A stretch of DNA of 62,916 bases, counting the filler, from Globobulimina sp. (taxonomy: Eukaryota), in the NCBI GenBank assembly GCA_003354225.1. It is 25 parts of 25 records of this genome, joined end to end, with 100 filler letters (N's around TTAATTAATTAA, not from the genome) between each part and the next. Parts side by side here need not be neighbours in the genome. Positions count along the whole stretch, not along the records: positions 32,782 to 35,201 come from PIVH01006784.1; positions 35,302 to 37,721 come from PIVH01006785.1; positions 37,822 to 40,241 come from PIVH01006786.1; positions 40,342 to 42,761 come from PIVH01006787.1; positions 42,862 to 45,281 come from PIVH01006788.1; positions 45,382 to 47,801 come from PIVH01006789.1; 19 more parts are not named here. One strand, given 5' to 3'. The notes under the pieces were generated by a model. That model was not told the origin of the DNA, did not search any database, and worked only from the letters and a program-made list of their open reading frames with translations. A program made the position numbers and the translations under genes. Below, one piece after another: positions 33,182 to 47,176 of this stretch; within the stretch, counting starts at the first letter, position 1; the number at the start of each line of letters is the position of its first letter.

Positions 33182-35041
33182 ATGATCAAAATGAAGCTAA
33201 TTTTTGTTTTTTTATTTGGATTTATTGTGTTTACCTATATAATTATTTTACATCTGAACTATGAAATAAATACCAACCAAACAATGGCAACAATTTCAAA
33301 CACTATTGAACAATCTTCTATATTTATTATTGAGTCAAATATAAGTGAGATATTTGAAAAATGGAAACATTTATTTCATCATTTGATCATACAAAACAAA
33401 TCAATTGAATCCAACAATTTCAACTCATTGCTGATTGATTCTTATCATATATTGAACAAATTATCTATAAACAATGCATTATTTTCAGCAAAAAATAAAT
33501 ATTCTTTTCATGATTTAATCAGTTTAAGAAGGCAAATTATGATTATTGCACAATTTTCATATAATATAAATACGACAATGTACGACAAGATCATCAATAT
33601 TTTTGTTAAAATATCAACATACTATATTAAGCAAAGAGCGATAAACAAACATTCATGGTTCCACATACATGTTAGGTACAATTAGCACTTTATTTACGTA
33701 GCGGTTTGTCGATGTCTCTAATATGTAACAAATAGCAAAGCAGGAGGTACCACCATCAGAGCTACATTCAATCAGCAATTGAGAGTTAAACACAGTGGAT
33801 ATCTTACAACGTCACAAAATTTACAATGCAATCAACAATATAATTATTTGCGGAATAAAATAATTGCACATACAATGAAGAGAGTGTATAATCTAAGCAT
33901 TGTGAATAAAAATAACAGCCCAAAAAATAAATACAATCATGTTAATATATCAGGTGTAAATGATACGGATTTGAATGGAATACATACAACATACCTGCAA
34001 AGGGAAGATCCTATGTTGACATCAAATGATTATTATGATTTATATCAAAATAAAACAAGTTATAACGGTCCTTCATTGTGTAATAAGTTTATTTACATTT
34101 TGCCCGTCAGAGAACCCATTGAACGCATTTGCTCACAAAGTGCACAAATCAATGCACATAAAATAATATTATCAAACCAAAATATCTGGAGACGATATAT
34201 TGATTGGAAAGCAATAAGAAATAAATATGGTAATAATGAAATGGACAAAGATGTAAATCAATGTTTTAAGCAGAATGTATCAATAAATAATGTGTCATAT
34301 AGATTAATTACACAAGGTATTGACTACAAAGGATATTTTGTTGCTTTATTAAAATCTGAATTAGCATCAAATATGCCATTAACATTTGAAAGTGATGTAT
34401 TTAATCGATTGATATTATCATCCTATGATGGAAAATATGTTCAATTGCCATCATGTTTTAAGGACAGAAAACATATTCGTTATTTTCCTGTTGCGTTAAC
34501 TGATAAGTTGACAGATTCTGAATTTATAATTAGTTCTAATAAGTATATGGTTGATGTTGCATGGCATAGAACAAAAACTGGCTCAAATATATACACATCC
34601 TGGTTAGGATATAATTATTCAAAACAGGATAATGAAAATAATTATATTGAATTTGCAAATTATGTTCCGAGAGCTATGATAAATGAATCACATTTGATAA
34701 ATGCGATTGATTTAATGATGAGAATTGATTATGTTTTACCATTTCAAACGTTTACAAATAAAGTGGAAGATCAGATAAGTTGTGATCATTCAATTTGGAA
34801 TATTACATTAAATCATATCAAAAAATATTATGGCAATATTGATAATTTTGATTGGTTACAAATTAATGAATCTGATGGATTAAATAAAATAAAATCATTT
34901 GATATATGTCAATATATGTCACAAAAAGACAAATATATCTTGCGAGAATATAATAAATTGGATTCTCGATTTTTCCACTTTTCTAAATTGATTGAAAATG
35001 TGGATGTCGAGTTCTTTATAAGATCATTAAGAATGAAGTGA
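33182..35041 (+). CDS. Golgi-type (type II membrane) sulfotransferase-like protein
   Basis: N-terminal TM anchor. Removing intron 33676-33735 gives FHIHVSKAGGTTI (5'-PSB motif); LPVREPIERICS is the 3'-PB motif. Confidence 0.75.
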
Positions 35042-36134
35042 GTACGCATCATTTACATATTTAAGTATATATAAAAAACTTTTGTGCAGAAACGGTCTAA
35101 ATATCCGACATTCAGATATTTTTAGACCTTTATGGACAAATTTTTAGAACACCGTTTGAACTTTATTAAACAACTGGTTTTAATGTGGTTAAGCACGTTC
35201 TNNNNNNNNNNNNNNNNNNNNNNNNNNNNNNNNNNNNNNNNNNNNTTAATTAATTAANNNNNNNNNNNNNNNNNNNNNNNNNNNNNNNNNNNNNNNNNNN
35301 NTTGGTACTGTACATGTTGATGGAAATGAATATTATTATCCTGTGATTGTACGCAGAATATCAACCATAGCATCGATCGACGTTGGAGCTGAAAATGGAA
35401 AAAGTATAGTTGCACAATTTGAAGAATCGGTGTTGCCATCAAATACAGATAAAATATTAAACAATAACACAATAAATGTCGATATGTATAATTTTGAAGA
35501 CGATACAAATGCGGAAACACAATTAGAAACGCAATTTGGTGCGAAATTACCCAAAATAAGAGCTAATCAATCAACAAGGAAACTATGTGCAAACCTACAG
35601 ATGTCGAATATTTTGGCAACAGCGATAGTTAGCAGATGTGAAGAAGAAGAGAGTAAGGATGTCTTTGTTAGGGATCCGGATCATAATAAGTCTTTGTTAG
35701 GGATGTCGTTTATGAGTCAGAGTCAGAGCCGAGCGAGGGGTAGATTTACAGTGATTGGCAGTGAATCATTGAGTGACGATATCACTACACAGCGAACATG
35801 GATGTTTTATGATGCAACAGGTTTATTAAAAGTTGATTTTCTTGGTTGAGTTATACAGTGATCCCCACATAAAGGCGTTGTCCCAACTTGTAGAATTCGA
35901 AAGAAATAGTAAGTAGTTTCGCAGTTGTCCCAACATGCACACCGTCAGATTGTTCACAGATTTGAAAGAAAGAGTGGCATATTGTTATTCATAGTCTACA
36001 AGTTGCCATGTCTACAAGTCATGGACAACGCCTTTTAGTTATTATGGTTTGACGTTGTTAACCAAAAAAATCAACTTTGTCTTTTATTCTGATATTGAAT
36101 TATTTTCTATAATTCTGATATTGATCCAACAGAA

Positions 36135-37104
36135 TTAATATTAGGATTGCAAGGTGTGCCTCATAGCGAGAAGAATCCAGCGTGGATAGATTTAGTGTGC
36201 GATGAAAAGACATTTACTATGCTATCTGAACACATTCGACCATCAATTCATGGATTAACCATTGAAGACTGTATCACATTGGATTGTAGAGAGAAACTAG
36301 AAATGTTTGATAATTATTTATTTTGTTGTGTTCGAACAACATCAATTGATAATGAACAACAATCAGAGAGGATATGTATTATTGTGTTTAGAACTATGAT
36401 ATTAACCTATCATTTCGGTAAAACAAGTGATATTGTGATCAATGAAAGTAAGGAGAGATTGGAGAAAAGACATTTTGGAATAAAATGTCCATCGCCAGGA
36501 TGGGTCGCGCATTGCATAATTGATGTAATTGTGGACAGAATGCTGCCCGAGGTACAATGTCGCGTGAAAGAAGTGCAAAACATTGAAAAATTAGTGTTTG
36601 ATTTAGGTGGTGCATCACAATATGAATTATTACAAAGATTACAAATTGCAAGAAATTGGATAATGCTTTATAGATCACGATTATCTACAAATGGCCCATA
36701 ATTTTTTCAATCCGGAATGGAGACAAACGTTTTTAACTGAAGTAAAACAACAATATTGGAATGCCATTAATGATCATGTTGATAGGATGGTGGAGCTTTT
36801 ATCATCGGGGGAATGTATGTTAGAATCCTGTCAGAATATATTTATCGCGAAAATATCGCTTGAAATGGCAGATCAATCAAATCAATTAAGTTACATTGCC
36901 GGGCGATTAACTGCTGTGGGCAGTGTGTTTTTGCCATTATCTTTTATTTCTGGTTTAATGGGATTAGATTGCAAAGTACCTTTTCAATATATCGCGGATA
37001 GTGACGTATTGTTTGAAAATGATTATTATGCCTTTTTTATTATTTTTGCCTCTATGATATTTGCTGCAATGGTTACGTATAAATTTTCATATAGGTTTAT
37101 ATAG
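36135..37104 (+). pseudogene. CorA/Alr1-like Mg2+ transporter with a frame break and an altered GMN motif
   Basis: IHGLTIEDC...REKLEMFDNYLF and LTAVGSVFLPLSFISGLMGLDCKVP. The frame changes near 36690 with no clear intron. ORF 35343-35849 may be an upstream exon. Confidence 0.7.
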
Positions 37105-37821
37105 GTTCATATATTTTTTATTATTTTGTTTTGTGCTAATAATTATATTCATTTGTAAATAAAAAACTTTCTTTTCTTCCCCACTACAATCTCACCACAA
37201 TTACATAAAGCAAATGAAATCATACAGTAAGTTATTTCCCATGCATTGTAAATAGTTTTATTCATTTTAATGATGATCTTGGATATTTGCTGAATCTTAG
37301 TGATGAGCAAATAAACCAATTGAAATCGACTTCTCTTTCCTCTGATAAATCAACACAACCTTTCAATCTATTTTATTATTTTCATTATCAACAAATTCCA
37401 TCTTATTTTCAATTTTGCATAACATAAAATATTTAGATGACTAATTTTAAATTCTAGTGGAAAATTCTGGAATTTTATTAAAGCAAAACATAAAATTATG
37501 TTTTAATGACTGATGTGGTATGTTTTATAAATACAACTTCTGTTTTTCTTAAAAGATGACACATATTCAAAATGACTGTTAAATACTATGATTATGAACA
37601 ACGAAATGGCATTTCCTAGTACTGATCATATATTCACCCCATTTGAATTCCAATTTTCATCTGGTAAATCATTACAAATTTGCTTTTTTTTTATACAGAA
37701 ACGTTGGAAGGCTGAAGGCTCNNNNNNNNNNNNNNNNNNNNNNNNNNNNNNNNNNNNNNNNNNNNTTAATTAATTAANNNNNNNNNNNNNNNNNNNNNNN
37801 NNNNNNNNNNNNNNNNNNNNN

Positions 37822-38727
37822 AAACTTGGAACAATGGCAAATAACATCATGGTATCGTCATAATTATTAATTGCAGCATTATTGTTTAATTCTAACCACA
37901 TTAAACCTATTTCTTCTGCGACTTCTTTCTCATACATCCACACATAATTTACACCGACGACATTTGGATAATCATTATTTGATAATGCATTCATATATAA
38001 CTTCAAAATCACACCAAAGTTGCCAGGCCCACCACCTTTATTTATTTTATTTAAAGTTATTTCAAAATTAAATCACACCTAAAACAGCCCAAAATAAATC
38101 TGGAAATGATGTTTCTGTGATATGTAAGTTTGAGCCATTCCATATCATCATATCCAAGCCATATATTGTATCGATAAATAAACCAAATGATCTCAACAAA
38201 TATCCAACTCCGCCAGTTTGACAATGACCACCCAACGCAACACTCGATTCAGCACCGCCTGCCATAAATAGACCTTTTTCATCTAATTCTTTATATAATG
38301 TCTCTAATGATACGCCAACCTCAGCAATTACTGTTTGATTCTCTGCGTAAACTGTTAATTGATTGTAATTCTTTAATATAATTTGAATGCAATCATATTC
38401 GTCAGAATTACATGATGATAAACCCGAGAATTGATGGCCACCGCTTCTTAATGATATTTTGTGATCGCATCTATAGGCAAACTCTAATATTAATGATATA
38501 TCTTCGTCACATTCCGCAATTAATAGCATTGATGGCGAGAAATGTTGTGGCATTGAATAATATGCATATTGTTTTGCATTGGATATAAAAGTGGTGTCTG
38601 TTGGGAATATTATAGAGCCACATAATGCAAATCCAAAGATGTTATCGTTACTGATATCTGTGCATAACTTCTCACCATGCACCACAATCATAACAGCAGC
38701 AACACTTAATAATGTCTTCAATATCAT
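37822..38727 (-). CDS. Secreted FAD-binding oxidoreductase (berberine-bridge/VAO family), 3' partial
   Basis: Signal peptide, LRSGGHQFSG, GGHCQTGGVGYLLRSFGLFID, and DLFWAVLG|GGPGNFGV across intron 38036-38078. Confidence 0.9.
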
Positions 38728-39116
38728 TGTACTTCGAGGTTACAGTGAAGATTTGAAGGTTTTCCAACAGTGAGTGTGGACATAATGAAACCTCCAAGAT
38801 TTAAATTTTACTATGCAAAAAATACAGGAAACAACCCGCAATTTCGAGAATTCAAAGCCGGCGGATATAAGCCAACTAAAATAATACCTCTGATCCTAAT
38901 TTCCTCTCTTTGGCTGTCTCCAACATTACAACAAAAAACAACATCGTGGATCGATAAATATATGATAACAAATCGAGGTTTAACAGCTAGGGATGAATTC
39001 TATTTTAGGTATCCTCTATTTTGACATTTTAAATGCCACATTGCACATTCACTATGTATTGATACTTAAGAAACAATATTTATAAATACGGATTAGATGC
39101 AATACCAAAAGCATCT

Positions 39117-39719
39117 GTGACTCGACGAATATGTTCATGGATGATTGACGCTTCATTAGTATCAATGTTTATTGTGCCAACTGTTAAATTCTGGCGATTT
39201 CCACCTTTTTTAGCAGTGACATTAGCAGCCATAGCATGGTTTGGCAGAGATATTTGGTTGCAACGATATGGCATGCAATCACCCGGGAGATATATCTGTG
39301 GAATGCATGTGATATCAACCAATGGATTGCATAATGAAACATGGAATACAATGAAATTAAACAGCATCGTGGCACTGCTATTGGGAGCAAGTGATTTTGT
39401 AAAGAATTCTATGTATTCAAATGCTGCATATTTGTCTATTATGAGTAGAGGCAATAAGCAACAAAGGGAAGCATGGATTGTACTGTTTGGATTTATCCAT
39501 ATTTGCATTGGAATCTGTACCGCTTTGGGATATGGTTTAGCTGCGAGTCAATTGGTCATCGCAAAACAAACATGGTTTGATAAAATTAGTCAAACTCAGG
39601 TTATAAATGTGAGTGATTTGCCATTGAATATGCCTTTAGGATATAACCAAAGAAGACTACAGGATATAAACAAGCACACACGACTTAATCACCGTGATGA
39701 TGATCTTGGTGATACGTGA
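39117..39719 (+). CDS. RDD-family membrane protein (upstream exon probably from about 38785)
   Basis: RRICSWMID, G.QSPGRYICGMHV and KQTWFDKISQTQV. Confidence 0.7.
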   Translation: MTRRICSWMIDASLVSMFIVPTVKFWRFPPFLAVTLAAIAWFGRDIWLQRYGMQSPGRYICGMHVISTNGLHNETWNTMKLNSIVALLLGASDFVKNSMYSNAAYLSIMSRGNKQQREAWIVLFGFIHICIGICTALGYGLAASQLVIAKQTWFDKISQTQVINVSDLPLNMPLGYNQRRLQDINKHTRLNHRDDDLGDT

Positions 39720-39738
39720 TGTTTACTCAAAAACTTTG

Positions 39739-40241
39739 CTACTTATTTTTGATAACACACACATTTTGCAATATAGACAATATAATTTTATCATGACACG
39801 CTAATTCCATAACTTCATCTTTATTTGATAACTTCTCCACTGCCCACTCATTGTATAATTGTTTGATTTCATTGTTATTGCATTTATATAATGTTTTAAG
39901 CATTTTTTCTTTACATTTTTGTCCTTTAGAATTTATGTCAACTTTTTGCGTCTTTGATCTTTGCATAAATGCATGCAATGAATCGGTTGAACCCTGAATA
40001 ATATGACAAATGATATTTTTATCATAAAACACTAATCGTCCAACTATTCCTAATTCATTGCACCACTTTTTTAAAATTGAAATATATTTTTTTTCATTTC
40101 TCATATGATCATACCGTCGTATATAAGTACCAATATCTGTGCTATTTTCATCTGATTTTGATTCATAACACAATAAATCACAATTTTCAAAAAATTCATT
40201 GATAGATTCGGTAACAATTTGAACAAATTCAAATAAATATC
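39739..40241 (-). CDS. RWDD2/3-like protein, C-terminal DUF1115 domain (5' partial)
   Basis: DHMRNEKKY...WCNELGIVG...IIQG and KVDINSKGQKCKEKM. Confidence 0.7.
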
Positions 40242-40341
40242 NNNNNNNNNNNNNNNNNNNNNNNNNNNNNNNNNNNNNNNNNNNNTTAATTAATTAANNN
40301 NNNNNNNNNNNNNNNNNNNNNNNNNNNNNNNNNNNNNNNNN

Positions 40342-42761
40342 CCAAATAATCCATTGTCATTAACTAGAGCTGTAATGGAAGTAAAAATATTATTCGATTC
40401 TGATGGGATATATCCCGGAGCTGAACTGTACATAATACCAATAATTAATTACCAAAATGGCATATCACAGTCAGATGGTACTATACAATTAACATTTGAT
40501 GCTGATTTTGGATTCGATGACAATGAGGCTCAAATATTGATTGATTTCTACACTGATTCGTGCATTGTTACCTATGATAATGATAGCATTGACTGTTTGG
40601 ATGCTATTTTAATTCCACACGAAATGGCAATACAACCTATTTCCCAAAACGAATATTTTATCCAAATTCAATCTTTTGATATTAAATTAGTTGGTAATGT
40701 ATCGTTTATTTTACAGAGAGAAATTCAAACCGTTTGGGTGGATGTAACTGATTCGGTGTATTTGGGTCAAAATATTGAATTCATAGCAGGTGCCATAGGA
40801 AACATTTCATATCAATTCAGCTCTGAAATTACTATAAACAATCCACAGTACCAAGTCTCTTCCATTATTTATTTAACATATACAAATATTTCAGAAGAGT
40901 GCGACATAGAAACATTTATTACTGGCTGGACAACCGGATGTGACGAAGGAATTAAATTCCACACAGAGGACGGATATGATGCCGTGTCACAATATATTCA
41001 TTTATCATTGATATCGTCAGATTCGTATTTGCAGGACTCACAATTTGATGTATTAATTGCGGATTGCCCGATGGGTCAAGGGATTACATCTGGTTCATGC
41101 ACGGATTGTGGATTAGGCCAAGTTGGAGCTGATAGAAATTCGGTTTGTATCGATTGTAATGGGATTGCAGGCGTCGAATGTTTTGGTTCCTCCAATTTGC
41201 AAATCAGTTATAATTATTGGACGCAAATCCAAGCAAATAATATAATTTCTGCATTTTGTCCATCTTCAGTTTGTTGTCGAGTTGAAAGTGGTTGTAATCA
41301 CACAAATGCTTTAGATTTATGCGCAGTGAATCGAAATAATAGTGTCCCGCTTTGTGGATCATGCAATGATGGATTCGCGGAAGTATTTGGATCTGCAATG
41401 TGTAGAGAATGCGATGATAACTATTTATATCTATTATTTCCATTTCTTGTGTCGGCATTTCTTGTTTTAATAATGGTAATTGTTGATGCTCCATCTGCTA
41501 CAACAACAAATAAGGAAACTGATCTCAAAAAAACTATGGCCAAAGACGACATTCAAGCATTACAAATATGTTTCCTGCGACCATTCACATATTTCTTCCA
41601 AGGCATTAATTTTGTTACAGTTCAAACAGGATTTTGGTTCTATTTATCTCCATTAATGACCTTCTTTGCATTTGATTTTTTATCCGAATCTAACAGTGAA
41701 TCTGGCATTTGTTTTCTGAACCATTTAACTTCGATGCAACTCGAATTATGGTATTTATTTGTGCCATTTTGTATGTTTTTGTGTCTGGCAATGTATCGAT
41801 TGATCAATTTTATTGTGCAGAAAGTGTGCAAAAAACCATTAAGATGGCTGGTGTTTGGATGGAATGTGGTTTGGTCATTGATTTTAATCATGGTTGGAAA
41901 TGTAATATCGACCATGTTAAACATAATTGCCTGCAGTCGTATTGGTGACGAATTGGTCCATTTCCATGGTGGTTATTTACAGTGTATGGGTGGTTTGTGG
42001 TATATGGCATTCTTTGTATTGATTGCAATCATTATATTTTGGTTTATTGTTTGGATTTTATTGAAAAAAATGAGTGCCATTGAAAGGGATTCCCGACAAT
42101 CATATTTACGAACAATTACCAAACCATACAAATTAAAATATTGGTACTGGGAAATAGTGCTGATTTCCAGACGTATTTTGTTAACATTCTTTGTAACATT
42201 TCAGTATATTTCATATGATCTCATTCAATATAGCTTATTAATGATATTGGTGATTTATTTAGTCCTTCAGGTTCAATTCAAACCATTTAAACACGACAGA
42301 GCAAACTATATGGACATAATGTGTATGTTTCTATTAATTGTGAGTTTGACGACTGTTGTATTCCAACTCCATCTCAATTATCCAACGGTGGTATCCTTTA
42401 TAATGACAATGGTGATTGGATTACCTATTTTGTTATTGTCTGTTTATACAATTTATGCAATTATCCGGTATATCGGCAAGAAAAACTACCGTCAAGAAAG
42501 TATTCAGAAAATTAAACTCCATTTGACCAAATCACAAAGACGTGGTATGTTCGGAAAAGAGTCAGCGTCGTTGGTGGATTATGAAAATGATACTGAAGAC
42601 GAAGAAGATAAAGTGAGGGTTGGTATTTATTCAGCTGTTGATATTACGGGCGACACTGAGGAGGAAATTAAGGACGAGGATGAAATTAAGAGCGAGGAAC
42701 AAGTACAACTTGTCGAATTAGACAAGGATTTGCTAGATGAAGATGAAGATGAAGATACATG
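40342..42761 (+). CDS. Large protist membrane protein: Cys-rich ectodomain plus multi-TM C-terminus (partial)
   Basis: CAVNR...PLCGSC..GF, about 9-10 TM helices, PYKLKYWYWEIVLISRRI and KPFK. Confidence 0.75.
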
Positions 42762-42861
42762 NNNNNNNNNNNNNNNNNNNNNNNNNNNNNNNNNNNNNNN
42801 NNNNNTTAATTAATTAANNNNNNNNNNNNNNNNNNNNNNNNNNNNNNNNNNNNNNNNNNNN

Positions 42862-45203
42862 ATAAAACTAAAATATCAGAGTCAAAAAAAAGGTGTATTG
42901 AGGTTGCAGCAGTGTATATTGAGGACGCCATTCATGTTCGAAAGCCCCAAACAAGAATACAAGAAAAAGGAATTGATTTTAAAATATGGAATCGTCGAAT
43001 AATATTATCACCATTAAAAGCATACAAATTCGTCCATAACAAATGGTGGAAAATATTTTTATATTTTGTTATATGGACACATTTATTATGTGTTATATGG
43101 GAACCTAACAATTCTCGAGCAAAAGACCTCGATGATTTTGATATGATCAATACTGTTAACCTATATTCCTTTATATATTTATATTTAGAATTATATGTAC
43201 GTACAATATATATAACACAGTGGATATTGGCGATTCAATTATCGTGTTTGATGATTTTTATTCTTGACTGTGCATTGAAGCTCTTCTCTCATGATTGTGA
43301 ATTTCGACACAATCCATGGCAAAGATTGTTATACTTTGTCATTACCATCAATACAATCCATGTAATATTAACATTTATGGGCCATTTCATCCCACAAAGT
43401 TTAAATTTATGTTTGCAAATAGCGCGTCCATACTATCTGGTATACAATGCGCGTTCCCTTCGCAGTGTGATCCGTGGCGTGGTGCGGTCCGTGCCGCGCA
43501 TCATGGTCTTAGTCTGGGTCATTGCATTCACGGTCTGCTGCTTTGGCCTCATTGGATATGAACTATTTTGGGACGTCAAAGAGTCAAACTTCAACACTTT
43601 CGAAGATTCCATGATATCCCTAATGGTATTACTAACCACTGCGAACTACCCCGATGTTATGATGCCGGCTTACCACAGCTCCCAATTCTCAGTCATCTTC
43701 TTTGCTTGTTTTGTCATTGTCATATTAGTCTTATTCCTGCCAACATTGTTAGCTGTCATCTATGAGGGATATCACAGTCAAACGCAAAAACGTTACAGCG
43801 AAATCACCAAAGTTCACAAAGAAGCATTGCTGCGCTCCTTTGAATTGCTGACCTGCGAAAATGACAGCAAATTATGGTTCGGCTCCATGAGCGAATCGTT
43901 TGCAACCAATGGGATGCGGAGCAGTTTGGTGGTGACAAAGGACATTTGGATGCAATTTATGAGGATTATCAGACCAGATTTGGATGCCATAAAACAGGAG
44001 GTATTGTATACCACATTGCGTTTAACCGAGGAAGACTTGTCCTGCCTTCCCAGTGTGGTGGAATACAAATTGAATTCGCCAGAGACTGCAGACGGTATCA
44101 CCCAGCAACAGTTCTTGAGGCTGCCTGAGTTCATAGAGATAAAGTTTCGCATCTCGCATAAAGCCGGCATTGCCCACGAATTGGTCGCGTTGCAAAGCAA
44201 GATCCGGCCGATGGAAGCGCTGACCTTTGGAAGCCTGATGAAATCGTATGAGACGAAACTCAGAGTCTACTTATTGTACATTTTCAGCCATCCATTCAGC
44301 GAAGCACTCATTGATTGGATGGTGTGGGTCAATGCGCTGACGTTCATTGCCGAGAAATGTGCCAATGATTTGTATTCTGATTATAATGGGATAATAATTT
44401 TCAGTGGCATCCATGCAACGTTTCTGGTGATATTTATCTTGGAAATTATTTTAAAAATCTATGCCTTTGGTTCGCGGGCATTTTTAAGTGATAAATTTTT
44501 TATATTTGACACCATTTTAGTGGTTTCAGGCACGATCGGATGGATCAGATCGAATGACAGCGATTCTTACGTTCAGTTAATTCGAGCTTTGCGATTAGTG
44601 CGCGTTGTGAAGGAATTCCCGCAAATGAGACTGTTGGTTTTGTTTCTGAGTTCTCTGCTGCGCTCATTTGTGATTTTGTTATTGGCGCAGTTTTGCGTCT
44701 TTTATGTGTTTGCCATGATTGGAATGGCAATGTTTGACGGCTTATTGGGATATGACGAGATAAAAAGAGAAATGGCAAAGTTTAAGCCGACAGATTCTGA
44801 TTACATTTTTTGGTACAACCATTTGGATCATCCGGATGCCGCACAAAAGTATTATTATTTGAATAATATGAAATCATTTATAAACTCAATGATTGTCTTG
44901 ATGGAGTTGTCAGTCGTCAATAACTGGCAAGTCGTGATGGCAATGTATATAAAGATGAGCGATAACCATTACAATCGAATATTTTTCATTGCATTTTACT
45001 TTTGTTCGGTGATTGTTGTACTTAATGTGGTGATTGCCTTTGTTATTAATTTGTTTTTGGTAAATTACGGACAAAACATCTCCTCAAATGATTTATTGTT
45101 TCGCTACAAGAGATATATTATTATGTCGATATTGATACATCAATTAAATGACAATGAATACGATATATATCATTGGACCATCCATATCCAAAATTATACA
45201 TAA
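42862..45203 (+). CDS. Two-pore channel (TPC family), 5' partial
   Basis: Two 6-TM repeats with pore motifs LLTTANYPDVMMPAY and LMELSVVNNWQVVM; S4-like IRALRLVRVVK. Confidence 0.92.
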
Positions 45204-45700
45204 TGTCGATTTCGATATGGTCACTGTTTATAAATGAAATCCTTTGATTATTCGAGGGCACAAGATCATAGTAGGTTTCCCNNNNNNNNNNNNNNNNNNN
45301 NNNNNNNNNNNNNNNNNNNNNNNNNTTAATTAATTAANNNNNNNNNNNNNNNNNNNNNNNNNNNNNNNNNNNNNNNNNNNNTGCTTTTTCATTATACATC
45401 AAACTTCGTTAAATTCCGAACTAAGGTTTTCAGCTAGTTTTATCATCTTTTATCATGGAACTCAAAGCCTCAAAAATTCTATCAGGTACTACTTAATCTC
45501 CCTATCATTTACTCAACACCTTCATACACAATACCCAGCTCTCGATTTTCTGCAGACTCTCGCACAAAATCCACTTCAATCGTATGTCCCAATAACATTT
45601 TATCTCAACCTGACATCCCTAAAAAACAAACAAACCAACAAACGGACTCAGTGTATCATCAAAAAACCGATCCATATTAGATGAAATTCGCAACTCTTAT

Positions 45701-47059
45701 TTGCCCAAAACCACTGGCAAAAAACGAAAACAGTCATCAAAGTTAAACCCATTCCCCACTCTTTCATTACATCCTTGCACTCATCACAGCCTCCACAGAC
45801 CCATCGGTCCCAAACCAAAACGTCAGAAAACGCACAAAAAACACAAACCAAAATCCTCCGATAAACAAGAAACTGACCACAACCACAACCAGTCCAACAG
45901 TGAAGACTCAGACATCGACACAGAATCCGTAGAAGAAGAAGAAGTGTCCACCGATTCACAAACATCCAGCGACAACACTCATAACCACAACCGACCCCAA
46001 CTCATATCTGACAGTGCCACACAGCGTAATATCAACGGCGACTCCCCTTCGCATCTCACGTACTTCAGGCCCAGCGATGGCATATTCGCCGCCAGCAACG
46101 GTGCATTATCGCCACTGTACTCGCGCGGTGAGCCTCGCCACAACGATTTGGATAATTATTTATCTTCCATTGGCAAGATTTTTTACCATCCCATTGAAGC
46201 CATGGAGGAGCGCAATGGCGCTGATAATGACAGCATGCATATGAACAAAAAGAACATATTCCGCTATTCCAGCATCAATTTAATACTTTCCCCGCTACGC
46301 AAACGGTCGCCGTTCGATGAATGGAATCCGCGCGAAATTGCTCTGTTTGAATCTGGCATTTGTTCCAAAGGCAAACAGTTTTATGAGATCAGCAAAATCA
46401 TTGGCAGCAAGAACACGAAACAGTGCGTAGAGTTTTATTATTTTTGGAAGCAATCTGCTCATTATACCATCTGGAAAGCGTTGGGCAAGAAAAGCAATAA
46501 AAAGTTAAGCAAAGCACAGAAGAAATTGCACCAGAAAATTGGACACAAATTCGCACAGTTTCATAGACGGAATATTGGCAAAAATAGTGAGAAAATCATT
46601 GATTTGCCGTCGTTGACCACGCATTTGGAGGATGTGGACGGTGACGGTGATGGTGATGAGGTTGTGCAGCAGCAAAATGATGGAGGACAAGGACAGCAAA
46701 TGGGAATAATTGGATATTATCCACAATATTATACTGCGCAAAATGGATACGGATATGGACATGCTTCGAATGGCGGGAATGGTGGCTATGGGAATGGCGC
46801 GAATGCGAATGGTGCGTATCCATCATGGTATGGTGGGAATGTGTACAATATGCAATATCAAGCACAGCCGCTGCAGGAAGAGGAAAAAGTGAATGATGAA
46901 TTGAATGATGAGAATGAGAACGAGAACGGAGCGGATTTTATTGATTTGACTGAAACTGCCTCGTCCAATGGGACAAAGAGTGCAACACCGAAGGAAGGAG
47001 GTGATGTGATAGAAAATGTGAGTGTGACTGATATTGATTTTGATGATGATGATTTATAA
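45701..47059 (+). CDS. SANT/Myb-domain chromatin protein (start uncertain)
   Basis: WNPREIALFESGICSKGKQFYEISKIIGSKNTKQCVEFYYFWK. Confidence 0.85.
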   Translation: MPKTTGKKRKQSSKLNPFPTLSLHPCTHHSLHRPIGPKPKRQKTHKKHKPKSSDKQETDHNHNQSNSEDSDIDTESVEEEEVSTDSQTSSDNTHNHNRPQLISDSATQRNINGDSPSHLTYFRPSDGIFAASNGALSPLYSRGEPRHNDLDNYLSSIGKIFYHPIEAMEERNGADNDSMHMNKKNIFRYSSINLILSPLRKRSPFDEWNPREIALFESGICSKGKQFYEISKIIGSKNTKQCVEFYYFWKQSAHYTIWKALGKKSNKKLSKAQKKLHQKIGHKFAQFHRRNIGKNSEKIIDLPSLTTHLEDVDGDGDGDEVVQQQNDGGQGQQMGIIGYYPQYYTAQNGYGYGHASNGGNGGYGNGANANGAYPSWYGGNVYNMQYQAQPLQEEEKVNDELNDENENENGADFIDLTETASSNGTKSATPKEGGDVIENVSVTDIDFDDDDL

Positions 47060-47176
47060 TGAAAATGACTATTGTTTGCAAATTGTTTTTTGTGATTACA
47101 TCTTTTTTTTATTCACTGTTTTCAATGGCAATTAGTTTTATTTATAAATTGCAGAATATGATGAGAAGTCTATAAG

